NCBI GenBank assembly: GCA_025998875.1
Contig: AP024675.1
Coordinates: 1,273,549-1,337,548 of the forward strand
Source of the DNA: Bacteroidota bacterium
GTDB taxonomy: Bacteria > Bacteroidota > Rhodothermia > JANXDC01
Length of the DNA stretch: 64,000 nt
Direction of reading: 5' to 3'
The position numbers were made by a program, and so were the translations under genes. Below are positions 9,471 to 19,258 of the stretch, in pieces (the stretch's first letter is position 1; each line of letters opens with the position of its first letter). Under the pieces are notes generated by a model. That model was not told where the DNA came from, did not search any database, and worked only from the letters and a program-made list of their open reading frames with translations.

Positions 9471-10204
9471 TAGCGGTTCAAGGCCTGCAGAAGTGGCGGG
9501 GCGATCGCCACGTACTGCGCGGGGTGAGCTTTCAGGTGCCCGAGGGCACCGTGCTCGGCGTGATCGGGGCTTCCGGAAGCGGCAAGACAACCCTGCTGCG
9601 TTGTCTTATGGGGCTGGAGCCCTTCGAGGCGGGCTCTGTATCCTGGCGGGAGATACAGCTCCAGGGAGGGCTTCCGGAGTCGGTCTGGCGTCGTCAGCGC
9701 GATCAATGGCGCCGTCATGTGGGTATGATTTTTCAGCATCTGTACCTGTTCCCTCACCTCACCGTGCTGGGCAACCTCATCGAGGCCCCGGTCCGTGTGT
9801 TGCGCATGCCGGTCCCGGAGGCCGAAGCGCGTGCCCGGCAACTTCTGGCATGGTTCGGGCTGGAGGGATTTGCCCATCGCTATCCGGCCTCGCTTTCCGG
9901 CGGGGAACAGCAGCGCGTTGCCATCGCCCGTGCGCTCATGATGCGCCCGGATGTCCTGTTGCTCGATGAGCCCACCAGCGCCCTCGATCCTGTGCGGTCA
10001 GCCGACGTGCGGGCCCTGCTCCGAAAGTACGTCTCTGAGGGGCATACGATGATCATCGTCTCCCACGCGATCGGTTTTTTGCGGGGGCTGGCCGATTACC
10101 TGCTCTACCTGCAGGAAGGCGAGGTGGTAGAATACGGGCCGGCAGAGGCCGTGCTTCTGGCCCCGCAGGATCCCCGCACACAGGCTTTTCTGCGCTACGC
10201 CTGA
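9467..10204 (+). CDS. Amino-acid ABC transporter ATP-binding protein
   Basis: Walker A GASGSGKTT, ABC signature LSGGEQQRVAIARAL; start set at ATG 9467 overlapping upstream stop (ATGA). Confidence 0.85.
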   Translation: MIAVQGLQKWRGDRHVLRGVSFQVPEGTVLGVIGASGSGKTTLLRCLMGLEPFEAGSVSWREIQLQGGLPESVWRRQRDQWRRHVGMIFQHLYLFPHLTVLGNLIEAPVRVLRMPVPEAEARARQLLAWFGLEGFAHRYPASLSGGEQQRVAIARALMMRPDVLLLDEPTSALDPVRSADVRALLRKYVSEGHTMIIVSHAIGFLRGLADYLLYLQEGEVVEYGPAEAVLLAPQDPRTQAFLRYA

Positions 10205-10260
10205 GGCTGGCACGGGGATCGGGTCGGGCGTAAATTGAACCCACAGCCATCGGAGCCTAT

Positions 10261-11898
10261 ATGCGAAAGTGGTCTGCGGCCCTCGGGATCGCCCTGGCGG
10301 CTCTGCTCGGTCTGGGCTTTGCCCGGGATTCGGACTGGTTCTTTGAGCTGCGCAAGCATTTTACCATCTTCAGCGAGCTCTACACGGAGGTGGCCACCTA
10401 TTACGTGGACGAAGTGCCCCCCTCGAAGCTCATCCGCGGTGCTATAGAGGGCATGCTTGAGCTTCTGGATCCGTATACGAGCTTTATCGACGAAACCCAG
10501 CGCGAGGATGTGGAGCTGCTCACCAGCGGACGCTACGGGGGCGTTGGCCTGTCTATTGGCGAGCGCGAGGGGCAGATTGTCGTGCTGCGGCCGCTGGAGG
10601 GATATTCCGCCTTTCGTCAGGGCATCCGGGCCGGGGATGTGCTCCTGGAGGTCAACGGGCAGCCCCTGCAGGGCCTGAGCACAGCGGAGGTGAGCGCCCT
10701 GCTGCGCGGGGAGCCCAATACGACCGTCTCCGTCAAGGTGTTGCGGGAGGGTGAGCCCGAGCCCCTGGAGTTCGTGCTCGTGCGCGAGCGCGTCAAGCTG
10801 CGCGACGTGGCCTATGCCGGCCGGGTGGCGCCGGGGATCGGGTATGTGCGTCTGGAGCGATTCTCCGAGGGCGCTCCCAGGGAATTCGCCGAGGCGATCG
10901 CACAGCTGCGGCGTGAGGGCGCGCTGGAGGGTTTGATCCTGGACCTGCGGGGCAATCCGGGCGGGTTGCTGGAGGCCGCCGTGGCCGTGTTGGGGCATTT
11001 CCTGCCCCGGGGTAGTCCGGTGGTCACCATGCGCGGTCGCCGCGGGGCGCTGGAGCGGGAGTACCGCACCACCGACCCCCCGACGCTGCCGGATGTGCCC
11101 CTGGTTGTGCTCGTCGACAGGGAAAGCGCCAGCGCTTCCGAGATCGTAGCCGGCACCATCCAGGATCTCGACCGGGGCGTGATCATGGGTGAGCGCACCT
11201 TCGGCAAAGGGCTTGTCCAGATCATCCGCCCGCTTTCCTACAACACCTCGGTCAAGATCACCACGGCCCGGTATTATATTCCCAGCGGGCGCTCCATTCA
11301 GGCCATCGACTACGCCGCCCATACCCGCAACGGGGGGCGCCTCATACCCGATAGCCTGCGCCGCCCGTTCCGGACCCGTACGGGGCGGGTGGTGTACGAC
11401 GGAGTCGGCATAGAGCCCGATGTCCCCGTCGCCCGCCGGGCCATGAGCCCGCTTGAGGAAGCGCTCGCCCGGCGTATGCTGATCTTCGAATTCGCCAACC
11501 GGTTTGCCGCCCGGCATCGGACCATCCCGGATACGTTTTCCGTCTCCGATGCCCTGTATGCGGAGTTCCAGGCCTTTCTACGTGAGCGGGGATTTTCTTA
11601 CGAGACCCCCCTGGAACGCGGGCTTCGTGAGCTGGAACAGAGGGCTCAAGAGCAGGGACTGCTGGAGGCGTTGCGTTCCGAGCTGGAGGCGCTTGGCCGG
11701 GCTGTGGCCGCCGAGAAGGCGCGCGATTTCCTGCGCTATGCGCCTCAGATCAAGCGAGAGCTTCGCCGGGAGATCCTGGCCCGCTACTACGGCACCTCCC
11801 GCCTCATCGCGCTCGAGCTGGAGGAAGACGAGCTCCTCAGGCGCGCCATAGCGCTGCTGCGCAGCCCCGAGCAGTACCGTCGGATTCTGGGCGGTTAG
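10261..11898 (+). CDS. Carboxyl-terminal processing peptidase (S41 family) with PDZ domain
   Basis: Signal peptide; PDZ-like segment; S41 motifs LDLRGNPGG, SASASEI, GERTFGKG. Confidence 0.8.
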   Translation: MRKWSAALGIALAALLGLGFARDSDWFFELRKHFTIFSELYTEVATYYVDEVPPSKLIRGAIEGMLELLDPYTSFIDETQREDVELLTSGRYGGVGLSIGEREGQIVVLRPLEGYSAFRQGIRAGDVLLEVNGQPLQGLSTAEVSALLRGEPNTTVSVKVLREGEPEPLEFVLVRERVKLRDVAYAGRVAPGIGYVRLERFSEGAPREFAEAIAQLRREGALEGLILDLRGNPGGLLEAAVAVLGHFLPRGSPVVTMRGRRGALEREYRTTDPPTLPDVPLVVLVDRESASASEIVAGTIQDLDRGVIMGERTFGKGLVQIIRPLSYNTSVKITTARYYIPSGRSIQAIDYAAHTRNGGRLIPDSLRRPFRTRTGRVVYDGVGIEPDVPVARRAMSPLEEALARRMLIFEFANRFAARHRTIPDTFSVSDALYAEFQAFLRERGFSYETPLERGLRELEQRAQEQGLLEALRSELEALGRAVAAEKARDFLRYAPQIKRELRREILARYYGTSRLIALELEEDELLRRAIALLRSPEQYRRILGG

Positions 11899-12623
11899 CG
11901 CGCCCATCGGCGCAGCTGCCCGATGGCGGCCCGGAAATCCCTCGGATACGGCGCCTCGACCGTGATCGGAACGCCGGTTTCCGGATGGGGAAAGGTGATC
12001 TGGAGGGCATGCAGGGCGGTTCGGGCGATCAGCGGGTGATCCGAACGCCCCGGTCGGTAGGCGCGCTTAAGACGGCTCAGCTCCAGGGGGCGACCCGATC
12101 CATACAGGGGGTCGGCGACAATGGGCAACCGTACTGCGGCCAGATGAGCCCGAATCTGGTGCGTGCGGCCGGTTAGCGGTCGGGCCTCCAGGAGCGCGTA
12201 GCCTCTCCACCGTTCCAGCACGCGCAGAAGTGTCTGCGCAGGCTTGCCCCGGCGGGGATCGACGAGGGTGCGGTGGCGCCGGTCCCCATCGGGCAACAGA
12301 GGGAGGTCAATCTTTGTCTCTTCCCAGGTGGGTTGTCCTTCGACCAGAGCGTGGTAGCACTTCTCTACCCGCCTTGAGGCGAAAGCCTCATTGAGCGCGC
12401 GATGGGCCTCCGGCGTGCGTGCCAGCAGGAGCACCCCCGAGGTGTCCGCATCCAGCCGGTGTACGGGCAACAGGGGGCCGTAGCGTTCTCCAAGAAGCGT
12501 GGCTACAAAGGGAAGCTCCGGATCGTAGCCGTCAGGTACGGAGCGCAACCCGGGAGGTTTGTCGATCACAAGCAGGTGCTCATCCTCCCAGAGGATCTTC
12601 ACCGGGGCCGTTCTCATGGACAT
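11895..12623 (-). CDS. RluA-family pseudouridine synthase
   Basis: HRLDADTSG catalytic motif; N-terminal EDEHLLVIDKPPGL. Confidence 0.8.
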   Translation of the reverse strand: MSMRTAPVKILWEDEHLLVIDKPPGLRSVPDGYDPELPFVATLLGERYGPLLPVHRLDADTSGVLLLARTPEAHRALNEAFASRRVEKCYHALVEGQPTWEETKIDLPLLPDGDRRHRTLVDPRRGKPAQTLLRVLERWRGYALLEARPLTGRTHQIRAHLAAVRLPIVADPLYGSGRPLELSRLKRAYRPGRSDHPLIARTALHALQITFPHPETGVPITVEAPYPRDFRAAIGQLRRWAR

Positions 12624-14526
12624 CGAAAGGTTCAGGTTGCGGGGAATGTGGGGCGGAAAATCGGCTCTTTTCCAGATCGCGACGCAGGCTGATCAGCTCC
12701 TGTCGGCGCTCCAGTAGTTTTCTCATCTCTTCTTCGCCGGCTTCGCCTCTGCGGGTGCGCTCGGCGATCTGGCGGCTGTTTTCCTCGATCACCCGATCCA
12801 GCCGCCAGCATTTCAGGCGCCGGATCGCGTCCTCGGCCGCCTCGTGGGGATCGGGTTCCGGATCTGCGGAGAGGATCCTCCGTTCCAGCCAGCCCAGGCT
12901 CAGGTCATAGCGTTCCGTAAGCACCTCGAGCATGAGCTCTCCCAGCGGGGTACGTTCAAGCATCCGCATCCAGCGCGGTACCTCAATGGGTTCTCCCGCT
13001 TGCCAGGCCTGCAGGAGCCGGGCGGCCAGCTCTCGCGATGGGCCGTGAGTGAATTCCTCCAGGTTCATGTATGCGAATACGTGCTCCACCAGCCGGGCTC
13101 CGTATTCGAGCATGAGCCGCAGTAGCAGGCGCTCCGGAGGCGGTGGACCGGGAGGGCTTGTTGGGGGGCGGCTCTCCGCGCCGGGCGCTGTAGCGGAGTG
13201 CGGCCGCGCGAAGGAGGGCTTGTCCGCCGAGCGGGCGATGTGGGATTCCAGTTCACCCTGCAGCATCGCCTCGGGCAGGTGCAGGGTGCTGGCAAGCAGG
13301 CGCACATACGCCGTGCGCCGGAGGACGTCCGGAATACGGCCGATCAGGCGCAGAAGCAGGCGCGCGGTTCTGGCCTGCCGTTCCGGATCCGTGGAGGCAT
13401 CGATGCCGCCCAGCTCCTGTTCCAGCACAAAATGGAGGAAATCGCGCTCCTGTTGGCTCCGATAGGCCAGAAAGGCCTCGCGGCCTTGCCGGCGCAGAAA
13501 GCTATCCGGGTCTTCCCCCTGGGGCAGGCGCAGTACCCGCACCTCGAAATTCAGCGTCAGCAGCATCTCCAGGGCGCGCAACGTGGCCCTGAGTCCGGCC
13601 TCATCGCCGTCGAATAGAATGGTGACGCGCCGCGTATACCGGCTCAGCAAGCGGGCCTGTTCAGGGGTCAGCGCCGTGCCCCCGGAGGCGACGGCCTCTT
13701 CGAATCCGTATTCGTGCAGGGCCAGCACATCGGCATAGCCCTCCACGAGCAGGGCCTCGTCCCTGGCGCGGATCGCCTCCCGGGCCTGGTATAGCCCATA
13801 GAGCACCTCGCCTTTGCGGTACAGAGGGGTCTCAGCGGTGTTGACGTACTTGGGCTGATTGGGGATTGCCTGCAGCAGTCTGCCGGCGAACCCGATCACC
13901 TTCCCTGAAGGGCTTGTGATGGGGAACATGAGGCGATCCCGAAAGCGGTCCACGTAGGTGCCGTCCTTTCGGGGCAGGAGCAGATTGGTCCGCACAAACG
14001 GGTCAGGGTCCAGACCCATGGCCTGAACATGACGGGCCAGCGCATCCCAGCCGGCCGGGGCGTAGCCCAATCCGAAGCGTTGCGCGATGCGCTCGGAAAT
14101 CCCCCGACGGCGGAGGTAGTTCTGGGCCCGCTTTCCCGAGCGCGCGCGCAGCTGCTCGGAAAAAAACCGCATAGCCTCTCGCAGGGCCTCGTAGAGGGCC
14201 TCCTGATCGCGGGAGCGAGCCCCCCGCGGGTCGGGATCGGGCAGGGGGACGCCGAAGCGTTCGGCCAGCAGGCGCACGGCCTCCGGGAAGGAAACGCGCT
14301 CGTATTCCATGACGAAGGTAAAGACATCCCCGCCCCGGCCACAGCCGAAGCATTTGAAGAGCCCTTTATCCGGGGCGACCGTAAAAGAGGGGGTTTTTTC
14401 CGTGTGGAACGGGCACAGACCGACCCAGTTTTTGCCGCGGCGTTTGAGCGAGACGGCTTCTCCGATGACGAGCAGGATGTCGGCCGCCAGGCGTACTTCC
14501 TCGATTTTCTCCGGGGGCCAGCTCAT
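12580..14526 (-). CDS. dnaG: DNA primase
   Basis: CHC2 zinc finger (CPFHTEKTPSF...FKCFGCGRGGD), Toprim-like core; start set at ATG 14524-14526 overlapping cinA stop. Confidence 0.85.
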   Translation of the reverse strand: MSWPPEKIEEVRLAADILLVIGEAVSLKRRGKNWVGLCPFHTEKTPSFTVAPDKGLFKCFGCGRGGDVFTFVMEYERVSFPEAVRLLAERFGVPLPDPDPRGARSRDQEALYEALREAMRFFSEQLRARSGKRAQNYLRRRGISERIAQRFGLGYAPAGWDALARHVQAMGLDPDPFVRTNLLLPRKDGTYVDRFRDRLMFPITSPSGKVIGFAGRLLQAIPNQPKYVNTAETPLYRKGEVLYGLYQAREAIRARDEALLVEGYADVLALHEYGFEEAVASGGTALTPEQARLLSRYTRRVTILFDGDEAGLRATLRALEMLLTLNFEVRVLRLPQGEDPDSFLRRQGREAFLAYRSQQERDFLHFVLEQELGGIDASTDPERQARTARLLLRLIGRIPDVLRRTAYVRLLASTLHLPEAMLQGELESHIARSADKPSFARPHSATAPGAESRPPTSPPGPPPPERLLLRLMLEYGARLVEHVFAYMNLEEFTHGPSRELAARLLQAWQAGEPIEVPRWMRMLERTPLGELMLEVLTERYDLSLGWLERRILSADPEPDPHEAAEDAIRRLKCWRLDRVIEENSRQIAERTRRGEAGEEEMRKLLERRQELISLRRDLEKSRFSAPHSPQPEPFDVHENGPGEDPLGG

Positions 14527-15803
14527 GCTTCCTTTGCGGGTAGCGAGGCTTCCTCTTCGGATTCCAGTCCCACCAGATATCGCCACAGCCAGAAGAGCGC
14601 GGCCTGCACAGCGCGCTCTTTGTTGCGGCGTCGATCCTGTTCAAAAAGGAAGCGTCGCGCCCGGGTTCCCTCCGGGGTCGAAAGGCCGATCCAGACCAGC
14701 CCCACCGGCTTTTCCGGACTGCCCCCTGTGGGGCCAGCGATGCCTGTGGTGGAAATGCCTATCTGGGCGCCGAAGCGCTGGCGCACGCCCTCGGCCATCT
14801 GACAGGCTACGGGTTGGCTCACCGCCCCGTATCGGGCGATGGACTCCGCCTCAATCCCGAGCAGGGCCACCTTGGCTTCATTGGCATAGGCCACCACACC
14901 GCCCAGGAGGTAGCGGGAGCTGCCGGGAATGTCTGTGATCCGGTCCAGCAGCAGGCCGCCCGTACAGGATTCCGCCACGGCGATTGTGCGGTTTTGTTCG
15001 GCAAGCAAACGGCCGACGACGGCCGGGAGCGTTTCCTCGTCGGTGCCGTAGATATACCGTCCGGCGCGGGTGCGGATGTATGCTTCCAGCTCCTCGATAG
15101 CCCGGTTGAGCGCCTCTTCGTCCTCCCCGCGCGCAGTTATGCGCACGCGCACGCCCAGCGGGCCGGGCAGGTAGGCCACCTCCAGGCCGCGACACAGCCA
15201 GGGGCTGAGCTCTCCGATACGTTCGGCCAGGGCCGATTCGCCGATGCCGGCCGTCAGCAGGGTGCGCATGCGCAGGCGGGTTCCCCGATGGCGCGTCCGC
15301 AGGCGGGGAAGCACGAAAGCCTCCATCATGGCCTGCATCTCGTAGGGCACACCGGGGAGTACGATGAGGATGCGGCCTTCGCGTTCGAACCAGATCCCCG
15401 GCGCCGTGCCAAGCTCGTTGGGGATGAGTTCTCCTTCCCGGGGCAAGAGGGCCTGTTTGAGGTTGTTTTCTGGCATCGGGCGGCCGCGGGAGGTGAAAAA
15501 GGCGCGCATGCGCGCTACCCATTCCGCGTTCAGCTCCAGATGCCAGCCGAAATATTCGGCCAGGGCCTCCACGGTGCGATCATCGTGCGTGGGGCCCAGT
15601 CCTCCGGTGCTGATGAGCACTTCCCCTGCGGTCCACAGGCTGCCGACCGCCTCCCGGATCAGGACCGGATCGTCGCCTACGGTGAGCTGCCGAATGACCC
15701 GGATGCCGATCTCGGTGAGTTTTCCCCCGATCCAGGCCGCGTTCGTGTTAACCACCTGGCCGATCAGGAGCTCATCCCCTATGGATAGAACGGCCGCTCT
15801 CAT
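14523..15803 (-). CDS. cinA: CinA-family competence/damage-inducible protein (MoCF-binding domain plus nicotinamide-nucleotide amidohydrolase domain)
   Basis: MRAAVLSIGDELLIGQVVNTNAAWIG N-terminus at internal ATG 15801-15803; C-terminal CinA domain ESCTGGLL; the N-terminal 100 aa of the track ORF are Arg/Pro-rich and not protein-like. Confidence 0.8.
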   Translation of the reverse strand: MRAAVLSIGDELLIGQVVNTNAAWIGGKLTEIGIRVIRQLTVGDDPVLIREAVGSLWTAGEVLISTGGLGPTHDDRTVEALAEYFGWHLELNAEWVARMRAFFTSRGRPMPENNLKQALLPREGELIPNELGTAPGIWFEREGRILIVLPGVPYEMQAMMEAFVLPRLRTRHRGTRLRMRTLLTAGIGESALAERIGELSPWLCRGLEVAYLPGPLGVRVRITARGEDEEALNRAIEELEAYIRTRAGRYIYGTDEETLPAVVGRLLAEQNRTIAVAESCTGGLLLDRITDIPGSSRYLLGGVVAYANEAKVALLGIEAESIARYGAVSQPVACQMAEGVRQRFGAQIGISTTGIAGPTGGSPEKPVGLVWIGLSTPEGTRARRFLFEQDRRRNKERAVQAALFWLWRYLVGLESEEEASLPAKEA

Positions 15804-16461
15804 GGATCTGCTCGTAGTGTCGAGACCAGGATTCCGGATCGCGATACCAATCCCGAAGCAGGGATTCCTGGGCTTCCGAAAGCAAGCCCATGCGCCGGGC
15901 CTGTTGCAGGAGGGCTTCCAGTCCGCAGAGGGCCACGGCCGATAGCCCTGCCTCGGCCAGACGCGCCGCCGTGCCGGGCAGGCTGTAGCTGAAGATCGCG
16001 ACAATCCCCCGCATATGGGCCTTCTCGCGCCGCAGGGCTTCGGCCGCTCGGATGCTGGAAGAGCCCGTCGAGATGAGGTCCTCGATGAGCACCGTGCGCG
16101 CACCCGGGATCAGACGGCCCTCGACCTGACGACCCCGTCCGTGTTCTTTGGGCTGTGGTCGCACGTAAACCATAGGCAACCGGAGTCGGTCCGCCACCCA
16201 GGCCGCATGAGGGATGCCGGCCGTGGCCGTGCCCGCAAGGAGTTCCACGTCGGGATATCGTTGCCGGATCGTTTCCGCCAGCGCCTCGGCCACGAAAGCC
16301 CGCAACTCCGGATCCGCCATCAGCAGCCGGTTGTCGCAGTACAAAGGGGCCCAGAGGCCAGAGGCCCACCGGAACGGTTCCTCGGTCCGGAACAGCACAG
16401 CGCCCAGGCGCAGTAGCCCCTCGGCTACGCGGGGGGCGAAGGTATGAGCGATCTCGAGCAT
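15772..16461 (-). CDS. pyrE: Orotate phosphoribosyltransferase
   Basis: PRPP-binding motif VLIEDLISTGSS; size and N-terminal pattern of type I phosphoribosyltransferases. Confidence 0.8.
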   Translation of the reverse strand: MLEIAHTFAPRVAEGLLRLGAVLFRTEEPFRWASGLWAPLYCDNRLLMADPELRAFVAEALAETIRQRYPDVELLAGTATAGIPHAAWVADRLRLPMVYVRPQPKEHGRGRQVEGRLIPGARTVLIEDLISTGSSSIRAAEALRREKAHMRGIVAIFSYSLPGTAARLAEAGLSAVALCGLEALLQQARRMGLLSEAQESLLRDWYRDPESWSRHYEQIHESGRSIHRG

Positions 16462-16593
16462 ACATGTAAGGTAGCACGGCCGTTTTCTGTTTGGCCAGAC
16501 CGCACTTCACGAAACATTCACCGAATCGGGTGACACCCCGGCGGCTCATGAGGCTTCTAACCAGGTGAAGCGCACGGACACAGGAGGACGTCC

Positions 16594-16842
16594 ATGTATA
16601 CGATCAAGCAGGAAGTCGACGCACGCGGCATGGCCTGCCCGGGACCCCTTATGGAGCTGGTCCGGATGGCCAAGAAGGCACAGCCCGGAGATGTAATCGC
16701 CGTCATCTCCTCCGATCCGGGGTCGATCAAGGATATCCCGGCCTGGGCCGAAAAGGTTGGGCACCGACTGCTCGAGGTCATCGAGCTCGACAACCGAGCA
16801 CGCAAGTTCGTCATCGAGATTCAGGCCAGGAAGCCGCTATGA
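16594..16842 (+). CDS. TusA-family sulfurtransferase (sulfur carrier)
   Basis: 82 aa; conserved CPGP motif (MACPGPLM). Confidence 0.8.
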   Translation: MYTIKQEVDARGMACPGPLMELVRMAKKAQPGDVIAVISSDPGSIKDIPAWAEKVGHRLLEVIELDNRARKFVIEIQARKPL

Positions 16843-17975
16843 AACCGTACCGCATTCTCATCGTCGGGGGCGGGGTGGGGGGCACGTTGCTGGCTAACCT
16901 TCTGGTCAGGCGCCTGAGGCCCGAAGAGGCCCAGGTGACGTTGCTGAGCCGGGATGGGGAGCATGTATACCAGCCCGGCTGGCTCTACGTGGCCGTCGAG
17001 GATGAGGAAGAGACCGAGCTGTCTCGTCCCGAGAAGGAACTGCTGCGGCAGGAGGTCTTTTTCCTACATGATGAAGCGGAGCGCTTCGATCTGGATCGCC
17101 GCCAGGTGTGGACGCATTCCGGTGAGCGGGTGCCCTACGATATGCTTGTAATCGCCACCGGATCGCGCCTGGATCTGGATCGTATTCCGGGTCTGCGGGA
17201 GGGAGCGCATCATTTTTACTCCGCCGTGGGTGCGCGCAACCTGCAGCATGCCCTGCGCGCTTTCCGGGGAGGGCGAATCGTGATCGGTATCGGCGGTATG
17301 CCGTTTAAGTGCCCCGTGGCCCCGCTGGAGTTTACCTTCCTGCTGGACGACTACCTGCGCCGGCGCAACCTGCGCCAGCAGAGCGAGATTGTCTATACCT
17401 TCCCCATCGGTCGTTGCTTTCCAATCGAATCCGTGGCCGAACTGGCCCAACGGTATCTCGATGAGCGGGCCATCCGCACAGAGTTCTTCTTCGATATCGA
17501 CGGTATCGATCCGGAGCGCCGTCGTATTTCCAGTCTGGTCGGGGAGCTGGAATACGATCTGGCCGTGATCATTCCCCCGCATCGGGGCGCAGAGGCGATC
17601 ATCGCCAGCCAGATCGGGGATGAGGAGGGCTGGATCCCCACGGATCGCTACACGCTCCAGATGGAAGGGGTTGAACAGGTATGGGTGATCGGGGATGCGA
17701 CGAACATCCCCATTTCCAAGGCCGGCTCCACGGCGCATTATCAGGCCCACGTGGTCGCTGAGCGCATCACGGCCTTTGTGCGGGATCAGGAACCGGAGGC
17801 GCACTACGATGGACACGTACAGTGCTTTCTCGAACTCGGCGAGGGAAAGGCCACGCTACTGGATTTCAATTACGAGATGCCCCCCAGCCCGCCCAGGCCA
17901 TCGCGTTTTTACCACATCGCCAAAAAGCTCTTTAACCGGGCTTACTGGTATCTGATTCCACCGGGTCGGATATAG
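16839..17975 (+). CDS. FAD-dependent pyridine-nucleotide-disulfide oxidoreductase, sulfide:quinone oxidoreductase-like
   Basis: N-terminal Rossmann [10 protein letters not shown]; [10 protein letters not shown] segment; ATGA overlap with tusA-like gene. Confidence 0.65.
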   Translation: MKPYRILIVGGGVGGTLLANLLVRRLRPEEAQVTLLSRDGEHVYQPGWLYVAVEDEEETELSRPEKELLRQEVFFLHDEAERFDLDRRQVWTHSGERVPYDMLVIATGSRLDLDRIPGLREGAHHFYSAVGARNLQHALRAFRGGRIVIGIGGMPFKCPVAPLEFTFLLDDYLRRRNLRQQSEIVYTFPIGRCFPIESVAELAQRYLDERAIRTEFFFDIDGIDPERRRISSLVGELEYDLAVIIPPHRGAEAIIASQIGDEEGWIPTDRYTLQMEGVEQVWVIGDATNIPISKAGSTAHYQAHVVAERITAFVRDQEPEAHYDGHVQCFLELGEGKATLLDFNYEMPPSPPRPSRFYHIAKKLFNRAYWYLIPPGRI

Positions 17976-19194
17976 GGCCGTTTCCGGAGCCGCCGAAGCG
18001 TTGGGCCACATAGGCCTCCAGAAGGGCGATGAACTCCTCGGCGATGTGTTCGCCTTTGAGCGTCGTGTGGTGCCGGCCGTCTATGTAAACGGGCGCGCGG
18101 GGCGACTCCCCCGTTCCGGGGAGGCTGATGCCGATATCGGCGTGCTTGGACTCCCCGGGGCCGTTGACCACGCACCCCATTACGGCTACTTTGAGCTGTT
18201 CCACGCCCGGATAGCGGACTCGCCATTCCGGCATACGGGTGGCGATGTGCTCGGAGACGCGCTGGGCCAGCTCCTGGAAGAAAGTCGAGGTGGTGCGTCC
18301 ACAGCCCGGACAGGCCGATACGGAGGGGCTCAGCTGCCGCAACCCCAGGGCCTGCAGGATTTCGCGGGCGACCTCCACTTCACGGGTGCGTGGTTCTCCC
18401 GGTGCGGGGGTGAGGGAGATGCGGATCGTGTCCCCGATTCCCTCCAGCAGCAGGGGGGTGAGGGCCGCGGTCGAGGCCACAATGCCCTTGACCCCCATAC
18501 CCGCCTCGGTCAGGCCCAGGTGTAAGGGAGCCGGGGTGCGGCGGGCCAGTTCCCGATAGACCCACCACAGGTCCGGGGGGCTGGAAACCTTGGCCGACAA
18601 GATGATCTGATCCTCTCGGAGCCCGTAGCGGAGGGCCAGCTCATAGCTGCGCACAGCCGATTCCACAATGGCCTCCAGGAGTACCTCATGGGCCGAGCGG
18701 GGCTCCGGACGACGGGCGTTGTTGTCCATGAGCTCGGTGAGCAGGTATGTATCCAGGGAGCCCCAGTTGACCCCGATGCGTACGGGTTTGCCGTATTCAC
18801 GGGCCACCTCGACCATCGTGCGGAAGTTGCTATCCTGCTGGGCCCCCCGGCCCACCGTGCCGGGGTTGATGCGGTATTTATCGAGCGCACAGGCCATTTC
18901 GGGATAGCGTCGCAGGAGCAGATGCCCGTTGAAGTGGAAGTCCCCCACCAGCGGCACATCTGCCCCCATGTCCTCGAGCCGTTTGCGAATCTCCGGCACG
19001 GCCTGGGCGGCTCGATCCGTGTTGACCGTGATGCGCACGACCTCGCTTCCGGCCCGATATAGCTCCGCCACCTGCCAGGCCGTGGCCTGCGCATCTTCCG
19101 TAGGGGTGTTCGTCATGGACTGGACCACCACAGGGTGGGCGCCGCCGATAGGGACGGTTCCCACCCAAACGGTCGGGGTTGTACGACGCGCCAT
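17932..19194 (-). CDS. ispG: 4-hydroxy-3-methylbut-2-en-1-yl diphosphate synthase
   Basis: GcpE signatures: CPGCGRT and [13 protein letters not shown] cysteine motifs; start taken at internal Met ([12 protein letters not shown]). Confidence 0.85.
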   Translation of the reverse strand: MARRTTPTVWVGTVPIGGAHPVVVQSMTNTPTEDAQATAWQVAELYRAGSEVVRITVNTDRAAQAVPEIRKRLEDMGADVPLVGDFHFNGHLLLRRYPEMACALDKYRINPGTVGRGAQQDSNFRTMVEVAREYGKPVRIGVNWGSLDTYLLTELMDNNARRPEPRSAHEVLLEAIVESAVRSYELALRYGLREDQIILSAKVSSPPDLWWVYRELARRTPAPLHLGLTEAGMGVKGIVASTAALTPLLLEGIGDTIRISLTPAPGEPRTREVEVAREILQALGLRQLSPSVSACPGCGRTTSTFFQELAQRVSEHIATRMPEWRVRYPGVEQLKVAVMGCVVNGPGESKHADIGISLPGTGESPRAPVYIDGRHHTTLKGEHIAEEFIALLEAYVAQRFGGSGNGPISDPVESDTSKPG

Positions 19195-19258
19195 GGAATG
19201 GTTCCTTCTATTCGGCCAGGGTTGCAACGCTTAAGGGGGGCAAGAGGATTCCAGCCGG

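Noticed and set aside
10195-11517. 440-aa minus-strand ORF
   Set aside because: Antisense to the S41 peptidase gene; Pro/Gly/Ala/His-rich with no motifs
14814-15788. 324-aa plus-strand ORF
   Set aside because: Antisense to cinA, which has strong conserved motifs; artefact composition
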